Shown: positions 1-8,512, counted from the first letter of the stretch. The stretch is 64,000 nt of DNA from Bacteroidota bacterium (GCA_041158165.1 JBEBBW010000002.1:19185-83184), one strand, 5' to 3'. The notes: a model not told the origin generated them from the letters alone. Numbers and translations are program-made.

Positions 1-734
1 GCCAGGTACTTGAAGCTTAAGGCCTCTCCGAAACGGATCTTAAACGCCGACAAATTAACCAGCACGTTGAAGTTGGTCAAAATACTGTGAAGGATTACGC
101 CGCCCCACCACAGGGCAGCGCCCGAAAGTGCTTGAGCTACCGAACTGAGTGCGGACTGTTCGAGCATCGAACGCCACATACTTCGGTCGCGCCATGTTCC
201 GGAGCGCGCCACCGCAAACCACCCCAGCACGAGCACAAGCACACCCCATTCCGTGGTAATAACCGTAGGCCAGAATCCCCAATGCGCGATGGCTATTCCA
301 TATAATGGGAAATAGGTTCCCCATATCAGGCCCACCGTAAAGGGTAAAAACTTGGCGCGACCGTGGAGCTGAGCCCATGCGCGGCGGTCCCGAAGGAGCA
401 CAGTGAGCTGTGCGGCGAGCAACAACACAATAACGCCCAACCTCAGCGGCGAAATGAGTTCCCCAAGAGCCCAGCCCACGGCCACCGCCACGACCAGGTG
501 AACACTTCCACCAAAAAACACCAGTTGTGCTGGCATCGACCTGATGCTCAACGAAAACAAAAGAAGACCAAGACCACCCAGCATACCGAGGCCAAGGAGC
601 AACAGGATGTCGGGAGTCCAAGCCGGATAGCTCGCTGCAACGCCTGCTGGCGCAAGAATCGCCACGCCAAGGTGAACCCAAATCATGACCAAGACAGACC
701 GCAGGACCAAGAAGCGCTGGGGGTACTCAAGCAT
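1..734 (-). CDS. multi-pass integral membrane protein, 3' end runs off the window (possibly DMT/EamA-like permease)
   Basis: Open minus-strand frame missing from the ORF track because it has no stop inside the window. My translation from ATG 732-734 reads MLEYPQRFLVLRSVLVMIWVHLGVAILAP...GELISPLRLGVIVLLLAAQ... and contains several hydrophobic helices. An in-frame ATG at 840-842 would add one more helix, but that extension has three rare TTA codons and lower GC3. The family assignment is weak. Confidence 0.5.
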   Translation of the reverse strand, partial: MLEYPQRFLVLRSVLVMIWVHLGVAILAPAGVAASYPAWTPDILLLLGLGMLGGLGLLLFSLSIRSMPAQLVFFGGSVHLVVAVAVGWALGELISPLRLGVIVLLLAAQLTVLLRDRRAWAQLHGRAKFLPFTVGLIWGTYFPLYGIAIAHWGFWPTVITTEWGVLVLVLGWFAVARSGTWRDRSMWRSMLEQSALSSVAQALSGAALWWGGVILHSILTNFNVLVNLSAFKIRFGEALSFKYL

Positions 735-835
735 GCCTGGCGCGCGCCAAAGCGTGTTGGCCCGACCAAAAAGCAGTAAACTCAGCGTTTCAGCCGCTAC
801 CGCAAGACCGATTAATGCCGTCGGATCTAAATCAG

Positions 836-852
836 GGTACATAACGTGTACC
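836..852. promoter_or_regulatory. 17-bp palindrome GGTACAtaacgTGTACC (operator-like)
   Basis: Perfect 6-bp inverted arms separated by 5 nt, ending 5 nt upstream of the -7 box of the 870 gene. Confidence 0.5.
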
Positions 853-857
853 TTTTG

Positions 858-865
858 TAGGTTTG
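858..865 (+). promoter_or_regulatory. Bacteroidota -7 box TAGGTTTG, 4 nt upstream of ATG 870
   Basis: Perfect match to the TAnnTTTG consensus. The spacing implies a leaderless or near-leaderless transcript. Confidence 0.55.
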
Positions 866-869
866 CAGC

Positions 870-2138
870 ATGACGCGCAAAGGTACTACCCCCTATCTCG
901 ACGCGCTGCGGTCCGAAATACAGCGCAGGTTTGGGCGCAGTGTGCGCACTAAGACGGATTGCCAGCAACTTGAAGACCAGTTGTTTGAGGATACTGGGCA
1001 GCTTGTTTCCTACAATACGCTGCGGCGGTTTTTTGGCCTGGTGCCCGGCGGAGAGCCCCGCACGGGGGTACTTGATATTTTAAGCGCGTACTGCGGCTTC
1101 GCCGACTATTCTGCGTTTCGCACCGACGTGGGACGCTTTACCTACTACTTCGATTGGACCCAAACGGTTGACAAGGAAAATTGGACGGTAGCTGAACGCG
1201 ACGCACTGTTTGACCGCATTCGAGACGAAGATTTCAATGCACAGTCCATTTTTCTTTGGATTTTATACAAGGTAACGACCCATGCGCCCATTGACTCGTG
1301 GGGATTTTGGCTGGACCACCCCATGTGGACAGAGGGCCATCTTCGCAAGGCGCAGCTCGTGTTCTTCTCGAACACCTTAGCCGACGAGTTTCGCATGCGC
1401 TTGGGTGCGGTGGAGGCTTGCCGCGAACTGCATGAAAATCCGGCCGCCTTTCGATGGGTCACCCACTTTTTTGCAGACTACGAAACCATTCAATCAGGCT
1501 ACATGGCCAATGCGCTCGACGTTATGGCTAATCGAATCGAGGTACCGCTCTACTACCACGGAATGCGCATCATGCAGCATTTCTTGGGCGGAACGTGGGA
1601 GCACATTCTTCCCTACGCGAAGGCAATTTTGGCTACCGGGTATGCTCCAGAGGACTACCCTATTCTTATTAGCCGCTACTTTCAAGCCCGATTCTGGGTG
1701 TACTTCTTGGAGCACAACGGGTGGGATCCATCGATAACTACGGATTATATCAATGAAATTCAGCGAATTGACCCAATTTACCACCACCTATTGGGCATGG
1801 AATTCTTGCCAATTATTTCCGTTATGGGCTTCACGGCCCCTGTGCTTCACATCATGGAAACCCAAGCGCTGCATTTAGACGTGCGCAGTACCTGGTCTGC
1901 GGCAGTAGACGCGGACCTCAGCCGCCTAGCCTTGTTGCTTTCGGTTGCGCGTACCGGCGACCTACCCTCCTACCGCCTCCACCGGGACGCACTAAAGACC
2001 AACTTCTGGTACAAGGCATACCGCGGCTACCTGCAGGGTTTGTGCTATGCTGCGGGCGTTTTAGCGGGAACACCTGAGTCGGAATTTGCCTCTTCTTTCG
2101 CCCATTTCCCTGGACTGCGCAAGGCCATCGGCCAATAA
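870..2138 (+). CDS. hypothetical protein, no family recognised; N-terminal HTH-like segment
   Basis: 422-aa ORF. The N-terminal ~85 aa (..QLVSYNTLRRFFGLVPGG..ILSAYCGFADYSAF) resembles a short helix-turn-helix module. The rest is aromatic-rich and looks helical, with no catalytic motif I recognise. A perfect TAGGTTTG -7 box sits 4 nt upstream of the ATG. Confidence 0.75.
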   Translation: MTRKGTTPYLDALRSEIQRRFGRSVRTKTDCQQLEDQLFEDTGQLVSYNTLRRFFGLVPGGEPRTGVLDILSAYCGFADYSAFRTDVGRFTYYFDWTQTVDKENWTVAERDALFDRIRDEDFNAQSIFLWILYKVTTHAPIDSWGFWLDHPMWTEGHLRKAQLVFFSNTLADEFRMRLGAVEACRELHENPAAFRWVTHFFADYETIQSGYMANALDVMANRIEVPLYYHGMRIMQHFLGGTWEHILPYAKAILATGYAPEDYPILISRYFQARFWVYFLEHNGWDPSITTDYINEIQRIDPIYHHLLGMEFLPIISVMGFTAPVLHIMETQALHLDVRSTWSAAVDADLSRLALLLSVARTGDLPSYRLHRDALKTNFWYKAYRGYLQGLCYAAGVLAGTPESEFASSFAHFPGLRKAIGQ

Positions 2139-2156
2139 AAAAGCCCCTTGCGGGGC
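2137..2156. terminator. intrinsic terminator hairpin GCCCC-ttgc-GGGGC
   Basis: aaaaaaGCCCCttgcGGGGC. The U-tract exists only on the minus strand, so it mainly serves the AlbA_2 gene. It lies directly after the stop of the 870 gene. Confidence 0.6.
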
Positions 2157-2198
2157 CAATGGTTGGGTGTGAGGCCCGCTGAACGGGCTATCAAATAT

Positions 2199-2215
2199 GG
2201 TACATCTACTGTACC
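2199..2215. promoter_or_regulatory. 17-bp palindrome GGTACAtctacTGTACC (second copy of the same arms)
   Basis: The arms and spacing are identical to the 836-852 site. It lies in the convergent gap between the 870 gene and the AlbA_2 gene. Extra GGTAC half-sites occur at 2222-2226 and 2233-2238. It could also act as an RNA hairpin in the AlbA_2 3' UTR. Confidence 0.45.
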
Positions 2216-2240
2216 TCACAGGGTACGGAATAGGTACATT

Positions 2241-2840
2241 TCAACTCGGGAGGAGGTAAACCCAGCCTTTCTCCCGCGGGGTTGCCACGATTTGGCCCCA
2301 GTGAAGCAGCACGGCGAGTCCTTCTTCCACGTCGCGTATCGGCGTTCCCGTGGTTCTAGCCAGCCTTGATGCCGTTTGTCCCTCCTGGTCGTTGAGGTGC
2401 GCCAGGAGCTGAAGGTGAGCGACGCTGGCTTCTGCCGCTTGGCCGGTACGTAGCTTTAGTTCTTCGAGCAGCACGCGGTTTGCCCTAAAGTTGGCCGCAC
2501 CGCGGCGAACGTACACCGTCCACTCGTCGGAATCTTCTTCTTGCGCCGCATGGGGTGCCACGACCGAAGCGGAGACTTCCACTACGAGCACTTCTTTGTG
2601 TTCCCAGCGTTCCGCGCGGAGGCTTAATTTCACCTCTGGCCGGCAGTAGCGCTGGGCTGCCCCCTCTACCATATAGGCTTCTTCTTCGGCACGGCAACCC
2701 GCCACCGAACCGTTGTCGCGAACGCCTACGACGAGGGTTCCGCCCGAAGTATTCGCAAAAGCCACCAAGGTTCGGGCAATTTTGCGCTGGCGGTCGATCC
2801 GCAATTTGAATTCCAGGATATCTGACTCAGCGCGCTGCAT
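2241..2840 (-). CDS. AlbA_2 (Schlafen-type, 'divergent AAA') domain protein with C-terminal winged-helix-like tail
   Basis: 199 aa. ESDILEFK...ARTLVAFANTSGGTLVVGVRDNG is the AlbA_2 putative nucleic-acid-binding signature. The C-terminal segment ..TASRLARTTGTPIRDVEEGLAVLLHWGQIV.. looks like a wHTH. Confidence 0.8.
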   Translation of the reverse strand: MQRAESDILEFKLRIDRQRKIARTLVAFANTSGGTLVVGVRDNGSVAGCRAEEEAYMVEGAAQRYCRPEVKLSLRAERWEHKEVLVVEVSASVVAPHAAQEEDSDEWTVYVRRGAANFRANRVLLEELKLRTGQAAEASVAHLQLLAHLNDQEGQTASRLARTTGTPIRDVEEGLAVLLHWGQIVATPREKGWVYLLPS

Positions 2841-2846
2841 AGGACG

Positions 2847-2863
2847 AAGGTAAAACGTACCTT
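2847..2863. promoter_or_regulatory. 17-bp palindrome AAGGTAaaacgTACCTT in the AlbA_2 / small-ORF divergent region
   Basis: Perfect 6-N5-6 inverted arms. The two arms are also the -7-like boxes (TACCTTCG and TACCTTGA), each 4 nt from a divergent start codon. Confidence 0.45.
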
Positions 2864-2869
2864 GAGGCT

Positions 2870-2971
2870 ATGAAGTTCTGGATTGATGTTAGCGATTTCG
2901 CCCTCAAGCGAAACGCACTTGACCTTCTGACGGAAATTCGAGACCTACTGAAAAAAGATTCCAAAAAATGA
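2870..2971 (+). CDS. candidate small ORF (33 aa) coupled to the nitroreductase gene
   Basis: My translation: MKFWIDVSDFALKRNALDLLTEIRDLLKKDSKK. Its TGA (2969-2971) overlaps the nitroreductase ATG (2968-2970) as ATGA. A -7-like TACCTTGA box lies 4 nt upstream of its ATG. Too short to appear in the ORF track and not verified as coding. Confidence 0.3.
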   Translation: MKFWIDVSDFALKRNALDLLTEIRDLLKKDSKK

Positions 2972-3759
2972 GCAGTTCAAGCCCAGCTAGCAGCGTAGAC
3001 ATTTTTAACAACGCACCGAAGCACGGCTACGAAGAGGCGGCAATTCAAGTGGACGCCAAAGCCTTCACCGACGTGGTCGAGAGCCGAAGGAGCGTACGAA
3101 TTTTCACGTCAGACCCAATTCCCGAAGAAGTAATGCGGGAATGCCTGAGGCTAGCATTGCTCGCGCCGAATTCCAGCAACCTGCAAACCTGGGATTTTTA
3201 CTGGGTACGCACGCCCGAGAAGAAAGCAGAACTGGTAAAGTACTGCCTCAACCAGCCCGCCGCCCGAACCGCGCAGGAACTCGTGGTGGCCGTGGCTCGG
3301 CCAGACCGCTGGCGCGAAACTAACGCCCTGATGCTGGCAAAGTTTGACGAAAGCCGCAAGGTCCGACTCAAAGCCGCTTACCAGTACTACCGCAAAATTG
3401 TGCCTTTGGCCTACGACATGGGGCCATTCGGGGTATTTGGACCATTTAAAACGCTGTGGGTAAGCCTTGTGGGCTTGGTGAAACCCATTCCGCGCGGGCC
3501 GTTTTCGCTGGCGGGAATGGCTACATGGGCCCACAAGTCTACCGCGTTGGCTTGTGAGAACTTAATGCTCGCACTGAGGGCCCACGGGTACGACAGCTGC
3601 CCAATGGAGGGTATGGACGGAGTCCGAATTAAGCGAATGCTCGGCCTGCCAAGCGGCGCCCAAGTGTGCATGGTTATCTCAGCGGGAAAGCGCGCTCCAG
3701 AAGGCGTGTATGGCCCGCGAGTGCGTTTTGACCGCGACCTCTTTGTGCACGAGGTCTGA
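2968..3759 (+). CDS. nitroreductase family protein
   Basis: 263 aa. SRRSVRIFTSDPIPEEVMRECLRLALLAPNSSNLQTW is a typical nitroreductase N-terminal signature. Confidence 0.85.
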   Translation: MSSSSPASSVDIFNNAPKHGYEEAAIQVDAKAFTDVVESRRSVRIFTSDPIPEEVMRECLRLALLAPNSSNLQTWDFYWVRTPEKKAELVKYCLNQPAARTAQELVVAVARPDRWRETNALMLAKFDESRKVRLKAAYQYYRKIVPLAYDMGPFGVFGPFKTLWVSLVGLVKPIPRGPFSLAGMATWAHKSTALACENLMLALRAHGYDSCPMEGMDGVRIKRMLGLPSGAQVCMVISAGKRAPEGVYGPRVRFDRDLFVHEV

Positions 3760-3773
3760 GGTCCTCTAGCGCG

Positions 3774-4484
3774 TTAGTGCGCTTTGGGGCCTCCGCCGCG
3801 CACTTTGCCGCGAATGTTGAGCATTTCAACCCCGAGGGAGAAGCCCACCGCCATGTAGATGTAGGCTTTCGGCACGTGGTAGCCTGCAGCCTCCGCAACG
3901 AGCATAAAGCCAATCAAAATCAAGAAGGCCAGCGCCAGAATTTGGAGCGAAGGGTGGCGTTCAATGATTTTGGACACCGGCGTACTGAACTGCAGCATCA
4001 CGAACATAGCCACGACAATGGCCGCAATCATGATGGGAAGGTTGTCGGTCATGCCAATTGCCGTAAGAATTGAATCGAAGCTGAATACGATATCGAGCAG
4101 AGCGATTTGTACAATAATTCCCGCGAAGCTCTTGGCCACGTTGGAATTTTGGCCATGCTGCGCACCTCCCGCTTCGGTGATCTCATAAATTTCTTTGGTA
4201 GACTTCCAAAGCAAGAATACACCACCTGCAAAAAGGACAAGGTCACGTCCGCTCACCGGATGTTCGCCGATTCGGAAAAGTTCCTGCTGAAATCCCATGA
4301 TCCATGTAATGGAAAGCAACATGAGTACCCGAAAAATGAGTGCCAAGGCGATGCCTAGCGTGCGGGCCTTTTTTCGGATTTCCTCAGGCAACTTGTTGGT
4401 CAATATGCTGATGAAAATGATGTTATCAATTCCGAGTACGACCTCTAAAAAGGCCAGGGTTAAAAAAGCAAGTACAAGTTCCAC
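3774..4484 (-). CDS. TerC family integral membrane protein
   Basis: 236 aa. LEVVLGIDNIIFISIL and a second ..DIVFSFDSILTAIGM.. repeat are TerC hallmarks. GTG start, with a perfect TACCTTTG box 4 nt upstream. Confidence 0.85.
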   Translation of the reverse strand: MELVLAFLTLAFLEVVLGIDNIIFISILTNKLPEEIRKKARTLGIALALIFRVLMLLSITWIMGFQQELFRIGEHPVSGRDLVLFAGGVFLLWKSTKEIYEITEAGGAQHGQNSNVAKSFAGIIVQIALLDIVFSFDSILTAIGMTDNLPIMIAAIVVAMFVMLQFSTPVSKIIERHPSLQILALAFLILIGFMLVAEAAGYHVPKAYIYMAVGFSLGVEMLNIRGKVRGGGPKAH

Positions 4485-4488
4485 GGCG

Positions 4489-4496
4489 CAAAGGTA
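4489..4496 (-). promoter_or_regulatory. -7 box TACCTTTG, 4 nt upstream of the TerC GTG start
   Basis: The plus strand reads caaaggta. It directly abuts the stop codon of the upstream MAM gene. Confidence 0.5.
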
Positions 4497-7400
4497 TCAG
4501 TCAAGTACCGCGATTGGTGCGCGACGACGCACATCGCCTTCCAGCCAATCTAACCAATAAATACCTGGGGCAAGAACAGGCACTTGCCATGTGCCTTGAT
4601 AACATGGATACGCCCCTAAAAGACGGCCATCCGCGGTGATTAGGCGAATGTGCATCGGTTCGTTCCCCAAAGTACCTAACCACGATAGGGATGCTCCCGA
4701 CCGAATAGGATTGGGAAACCAACTCCCTGTTTCACTGAATTCTGGATCTAGATCACCAAGTTCACGCAAGCTGTGGAAAACGGTATCGGAGGTTCCGCAC
4801 GAAGAAAGCGCGATGAGACGCACCGTGTAGCCAAGTTGGGCTACGGGATAGGTGTGGTTAATAATTGGACCACCCGTACCCGACGAGCCGTCACCCCAAA
4901 GCCATTGGTATTGAACAGCATCGGTCGTGGCACTGGCATCAAACTCCACCGTCATGCCATTGCCGTTAGAAAGGAGCACCCGGAACGTAAAGTCCGCTGT
5001 CGGCTTTAGGCAGATCACCACCGTTAGCGTTTGGCTGTAGGTGTTTCCGCAATTGTCTGTAGCGGTAACAATCACTGAATAGGTTCCTCCCGCTGCATAC
5101 GTGTGACTTGGACTCGCACCACTTCCTGTGGCACCGTCGCCGAAATTCCACGAAATCGACGTGAATTGCCCCGGATCTGTTGGACCACTAAAGTTGACAA
5201 TCAAGCCATTGGCACTGTGGCTTACCGTCCCTAAACCACCGGTGCACACAGTAATCGTTTGAATTAACGTGTCTTTTTGTCCGCATCCGTCGGTAATGAT
5301 AAGCATAACAGGGTACGCACCAAAGCTGCTGAACGTGTGGCTCGTGGTCACGCCGGTTCCGGTAGCTCCCGCCCCAAAATCCCAAGCGTAGCTGACAACA
5401 TTCCCTACAGACGTAGACGCACTGAAGTTGACCGTGAGGCCCGTTGCGGTCGTGGTCATCACTGCCGAGGGAGGCGGGCAAGGATTACTACAGTCCGCCG
5501 TATCGGTGAATTTGATACCCGTGGTCAAGTTGGGGCCGCCCGTAGCTTCAGTGTGCACAATGGCCCCCGACGCGTCCCTAAAGATCCAACCGCATTCATT
5601 GCTCCAGTTACCTCGATTCACGAAGCGCAGCTGTACGACGTCGTTGTCGCAAACCGGAATCACAAAGGACGCAGCTGTATCGTTCGCACCGGGTAGCGTG
5701 TAAGATGTTGCGGTACCGTTAATCAGCACTTCAAGGGCATGGAATAGTGTGCCTTGGGGGTTGGACCTCCATCCGTCGCCAAACGAATCACGCAGCTTGA
5801 GGTTGTAAACGCATCCATTCGGGCAATTGAAAGTGCTGAACGAAACAGGGCCAAACTTCGTCGAGGTGAGTCCGCCGGCACAGCTGTCGAATACGTATAC
5901 TTGATAGCTCTGACCTTGGGTCAATCCAGTCAAAATAAATGGATTACTTGTAGTTTTTACAAAAGTTCCGCTTCCTGGAGCAAAACCAACTGGGCCGTAC
6001 TCCAACGTCGCTGTACCGTTGCCTGCGCTGCTGAAACTCACCGATGCCGTGGTGGCAGTGAGGGGAGTTACGTTCAGTGAAGTTCGTGGCGGACAAGGAG
6101 GTGCATTCTTCACCGAAAAATCGTCAATGGCGATGTCGGCAAACTGCGACTGACCTGTTGCCAAAGTCCGTGCACGCAATCGAATTCGAACCGTTTGGCC
6201 CGAGTAGCCCGCTAGGGAAACAACGCGCTCTAGCCATGAAGCCCCTTGCGGCCCTACGATGGAATCCAATACGGTGAAGGGTGATGTTACCGATCCGGTC
6301 TGCACTTCAACAGTCAAGGAGCCAATCGATTGACCGTCCATGTGGTACCAAAACCGTAGTTCAGGTGTGGTCAATCCCAGAAGGCTGATTTGAGGAGAAA
6401 CTAAGTTGGCCGTGCGCGCACCGGTCGAAAGACTTGACTCCGTGTAGACATACTTACCAAGGCCCGTGGTGTGGTCGTTGTCAGGACCTGTATTTGGAGT
6501 CGGAGTAGCGCCTTGGCCCCCACCCCAGTGAAATTGAGCCGGTGCGGGTGAACTCAATGGCGTGCGCGTCCAGCACGGTCCCACCGTAGAATTTTGGTTC
6601 CAAAACTGACCACTTGCTGGGCCTGGGTTGAATCCGACCTCAAAATTCTCAACATAGGGCGCTGCCACTACCCCACACAATGTGATCAGCGTATCAATGG
6701 TACTCCAAGCGCTTTGCAAGGTGGTGCTGCAGACTTTGCGCACCGATACGGCGTAGACCGTACCCGCACTCAGGCCGGTCAGCATAAATGGATTCGTAGT
6801 AGCCACCACGGTGGTGCCGCTGAACGGAACCTGACCAAGCGGTCCATAGCGCACTTCGTACGTTCCAGCACCTGTCGGGTTCCAGGTCATGGTTCCTGAA
6901 GTTTGTGTGGTCGTAGTTACGGTGAGGCCCGTTGGCTTCGGGCATGCGGGCGGATTGTCAATGGACACGTCGTCAATAGCGACGTCAACTTGGTTGTTAT
7001 TGCTAGCGGAGCGGTACGCATACCATCTCACTTGGACTGTATCGGGCAGGAAGCTCGATAACGAAATAATCGCTTCGCTCCAGGGCGCGTTGGATGAACT
7101 AGTTTGCTGGGTGTTGCCCCACACGCGCGTCTCGGTATTGTTGCGGAATATTTTTACAACTAAGCTGTCAATTTGTGCGCCGAATTGGTGGTAGTAAAAC
7201 CGCAATTCGGGATTCAATAATCCGGCTAAAATCACGTTTGGACTGCGCAGTATCGCAACCCCTGCACCAGTTTGGGCCTCACCGTGCATGTACTTACCCG
7301 AACCGGTGGTGTGGTCTGTGCTTGGTCCAGTCCCAATGTTGGTCAATGCCGTGGGCGTTGGACCGCTGTTTGGGCGCCACCAGTAAAGAGCGCCAGACGG

Positions 7401-8453
7401 ACGCGACCAGCATGTATCAATCGCCCCGTAAGCCCAATGCGCGGCGGGGACTACCCAGTTGGCGTCTTCAAAATCCTCCATCCACGGCGCGGGAACCGGA
7501 CCGCAATCGGTCATCGCCTTGGCAGAACTGGACCACGCCGACACGTCGTTGGCCGCGCAGCTGTCCTTTACACGGAATTCATAGGTAGTTGAAGGCGAAA
7601 GGCCCGTGATAATAATCGGATTGGACGTTGCGTTCAGTTTGGTTCCCGACGCGGGCAGAAAACCGGGTGCGCCGTAGGTCACACGCCAAGACGTAGCGCC
7701 GCCCGTGGTCCACGAAAGCTGAATGGAGCTTGCGCTCAAGCGGGTCGCCACTAATCCCGTCGGAGCGGGACAGGTAACGAGTTGGGCAACAGACACGTCG
7801 TCAATGGCTAAATCCCCCAGTTGGTTGTTTCCGCCAGGGCCAGGGCCACCACCCCCTGTTGGCTTGGTCATTTCGAAGCGCAATTCGATCGTGTCGTTCA
7901 CTGCACTAGATGGTAATGGAACGGAGACACGGAGCCAGTTGTTTCCGAGGTTTGCATTGGTTCCGGTGTAAATCGGCGTGGCTGGCCATGAAGTTGAACC
8001 ATAGGCGCGCATGTAAATCTTCAGCAGTCCCATCGTGGTGCCAAACTGGTGCTTCCAGAATACGAGCTCAGGCTGCGTCAAGCCTACCGTGCTGACTGGG
8101 GGCGTCACTAAACTTGCAACGGCACCCCCTGCTCCGCCGCTCGACTCTACATAGACATAGCCGCCTGTTCCGGTTGTATGGTCGCTGTCGGGACCGGTGT
8201 TCGCCGTGGGAGTAGCAAGTTGTCCACCTCCCCACCAGTACGAGGTATTGGGAGGGTTGTTGCCCGTCGTACTTGGGTTTCGCGTCCAACCTACTGGAAT
8301 AGTTGAACCTGCGTTAAAGTTGGGCGTGCCTTGCGCTACCCCTGTAAACGCTTCCGACCACGGCGCCAACTGAACTTGGGCCCAAACTGAAACCGGAATA
8401 CCTAAAACAAAAAAGCCCCAAAGAATGGGACGCGCTACTGCGTTGCACTTCAT
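4497..8453 (-). CDS. secreted multidomain T9SS cargo: 3x(MAM-type + FN3) + Cys-framed DSFGDGW module + 3x PKD + type-A T9SS C-terminal domain
   Basis: 1318 aa with signal peptide MKCNAVARPILWGFFVLGIPVSVWAQ. Three MAM-like modules carry NTGPDxDHTTGxGxYVYxE ... AIDDVS (aa ~30-224, 320-500, 597-783). Each is followed by an FN3-like CPxPTGL...SAWS unit. PKD-like units (..WDFGAGATG.., ..WNFGDGATG.., ..WLWGDGSSG..) span aa ~1000-1230. The C-terminal ..WFPNPIRSGASL...GIYWL.. tail is typical of Por_Secre_tail. Confidence 0.9.
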   Translation of the reverse strand: MKCNAVARPILWGFFVLGIPVSVWAQVQLAPWSEAFTGVAQGTPNFNAGSTIPVGWTRNPSTTGNNPPNTSYWWGGGQLATPTANTGPDSDHTTGTGGYVYVESSGGAGGAVASLVTPPVSTVGLTQPELVFWKHQFGTTMGLLKIYMRAYGSTSWPATPIYTGTNANLGNNWLRVSVPLPSSAVNDTIELRFEMTKPTGGGGPGPGGNNQLGDLAIDDVSVAQLVTCPAPTGLVATRLSASSIQLSWTTGGATSWRVTYGAPGFLPASGTKLNATSNPIIITGLSPSTTYEFRVKDSCAANDVSAWSSSAKAMTDCGPVPAPWMEDFEDANWVVPAAHWAYGAIDTCWSRPSGALYWWRPNSGPTPTALTNIGTGPSTDHTTGSGKYMHGEAQTGAGVAILRSPNVILAGLLNPELRFYYHQFGAQIDSLVVKIFRNNTETRVWGNTQQTSSSNAPWSEAIISLSSFLPDTVQVRWYAYRSASNNNQVDVAIDDVSIDNPPACPKPTGLTVTTTTQTSGTMTWNPTGAGTYEVRYGPLGQVPFSGTTVVATTNPFMLTGLSAGTVYAVSVRKVCSTTLQSAWSTIDTLITLCGVVAAPYVENFEVGFNPGPASGQFWNQNSTVGPCWTRTPLSSPAPAQFHWGGGQGATPTPNTGPDNDHTTGLGKYVYTESSLSTGARTANLVSPQISLLGLTTPELRFWYHMDGQSIGSLTVEVQTGSVTSPFTVLDSIVGPQGASWLERVVSLAGYSGQTVRIRLRARTLATGQSQFADIAIDDFSVKNAPPCPPRTSLNVTPLTATTASVSFSSAGNGTATLEYGPVGFAPGSGTFVKTTSNPFILTGLTQGQSYQVYVFDSCAGGLTSTKFGPVSFSTFNCPNGCVYNLKLRDSFGDGWRSNPQGTLFHALEVLINGTATSYTLPGANDTAASFVIPVCDNDVVQLRFVNRGNWSNECGWIFRDASGAIVHTEATGGPNLTTGIKFTDTADCSNPCPPPSAVMTTTATGLTVNFSASTSVGNVVSYAWDFGAGATGTGVTTSHTFSSFGAYPVMLIITDGCGQKDTLIQTITVCTGGLGTVSHSANGLIVNFSGPTDPGQFTSISWNFGDGATGSGASPSHTYAAGGTYSVIVTATDNCGNTYSQTLTVVICLKPTADFTFRVLLSNGNGMTVEFDASATTDAVQYQWLWGDGSSGTGGPIINHTYPVAQLGYTVRLIALSSCGTSDTVFHSLRELGDLDPEFSETGSWFPNPIRSGASLSWLGTLGNEPMHIRLITADGRLLGAYPCYQGTWQVPVLAPGIYWLDWLEGDVRRRAPIAVLD

Positions 8454-8512
8454 GCCGTGAAAGGTACCTAATTTCTATTAATTTTCCGAACGGAATTGCC
8501 GACTTTTGCAGC

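Noticed and set aside
55-779. ORFs 55-681(-), 87-305(+), 363-779(+) and 685-873(+) at the left edge.
   Set aside because: A different minus-strand frame is open across 1-734 and encodes a plausible multi-pass membrane protein. The listed ORFs have low-complexity, Arg/His/Pro-rich translations.
2148-2369. 73-aa ORF spanning the convergent gap and the 3' end of the AlbA_2 gene. I also considered a possible small RNA formed by the three consecutive hairpins at 2143-2215.
   Set aside because: The ORF overlaps the AlbA_2 coding region and has no promoter-like box. The hairpins are adequately explained as terminator or 3' UTR structure plus the palindromic site reported separately. I have no evidence for an independent RNA gene.
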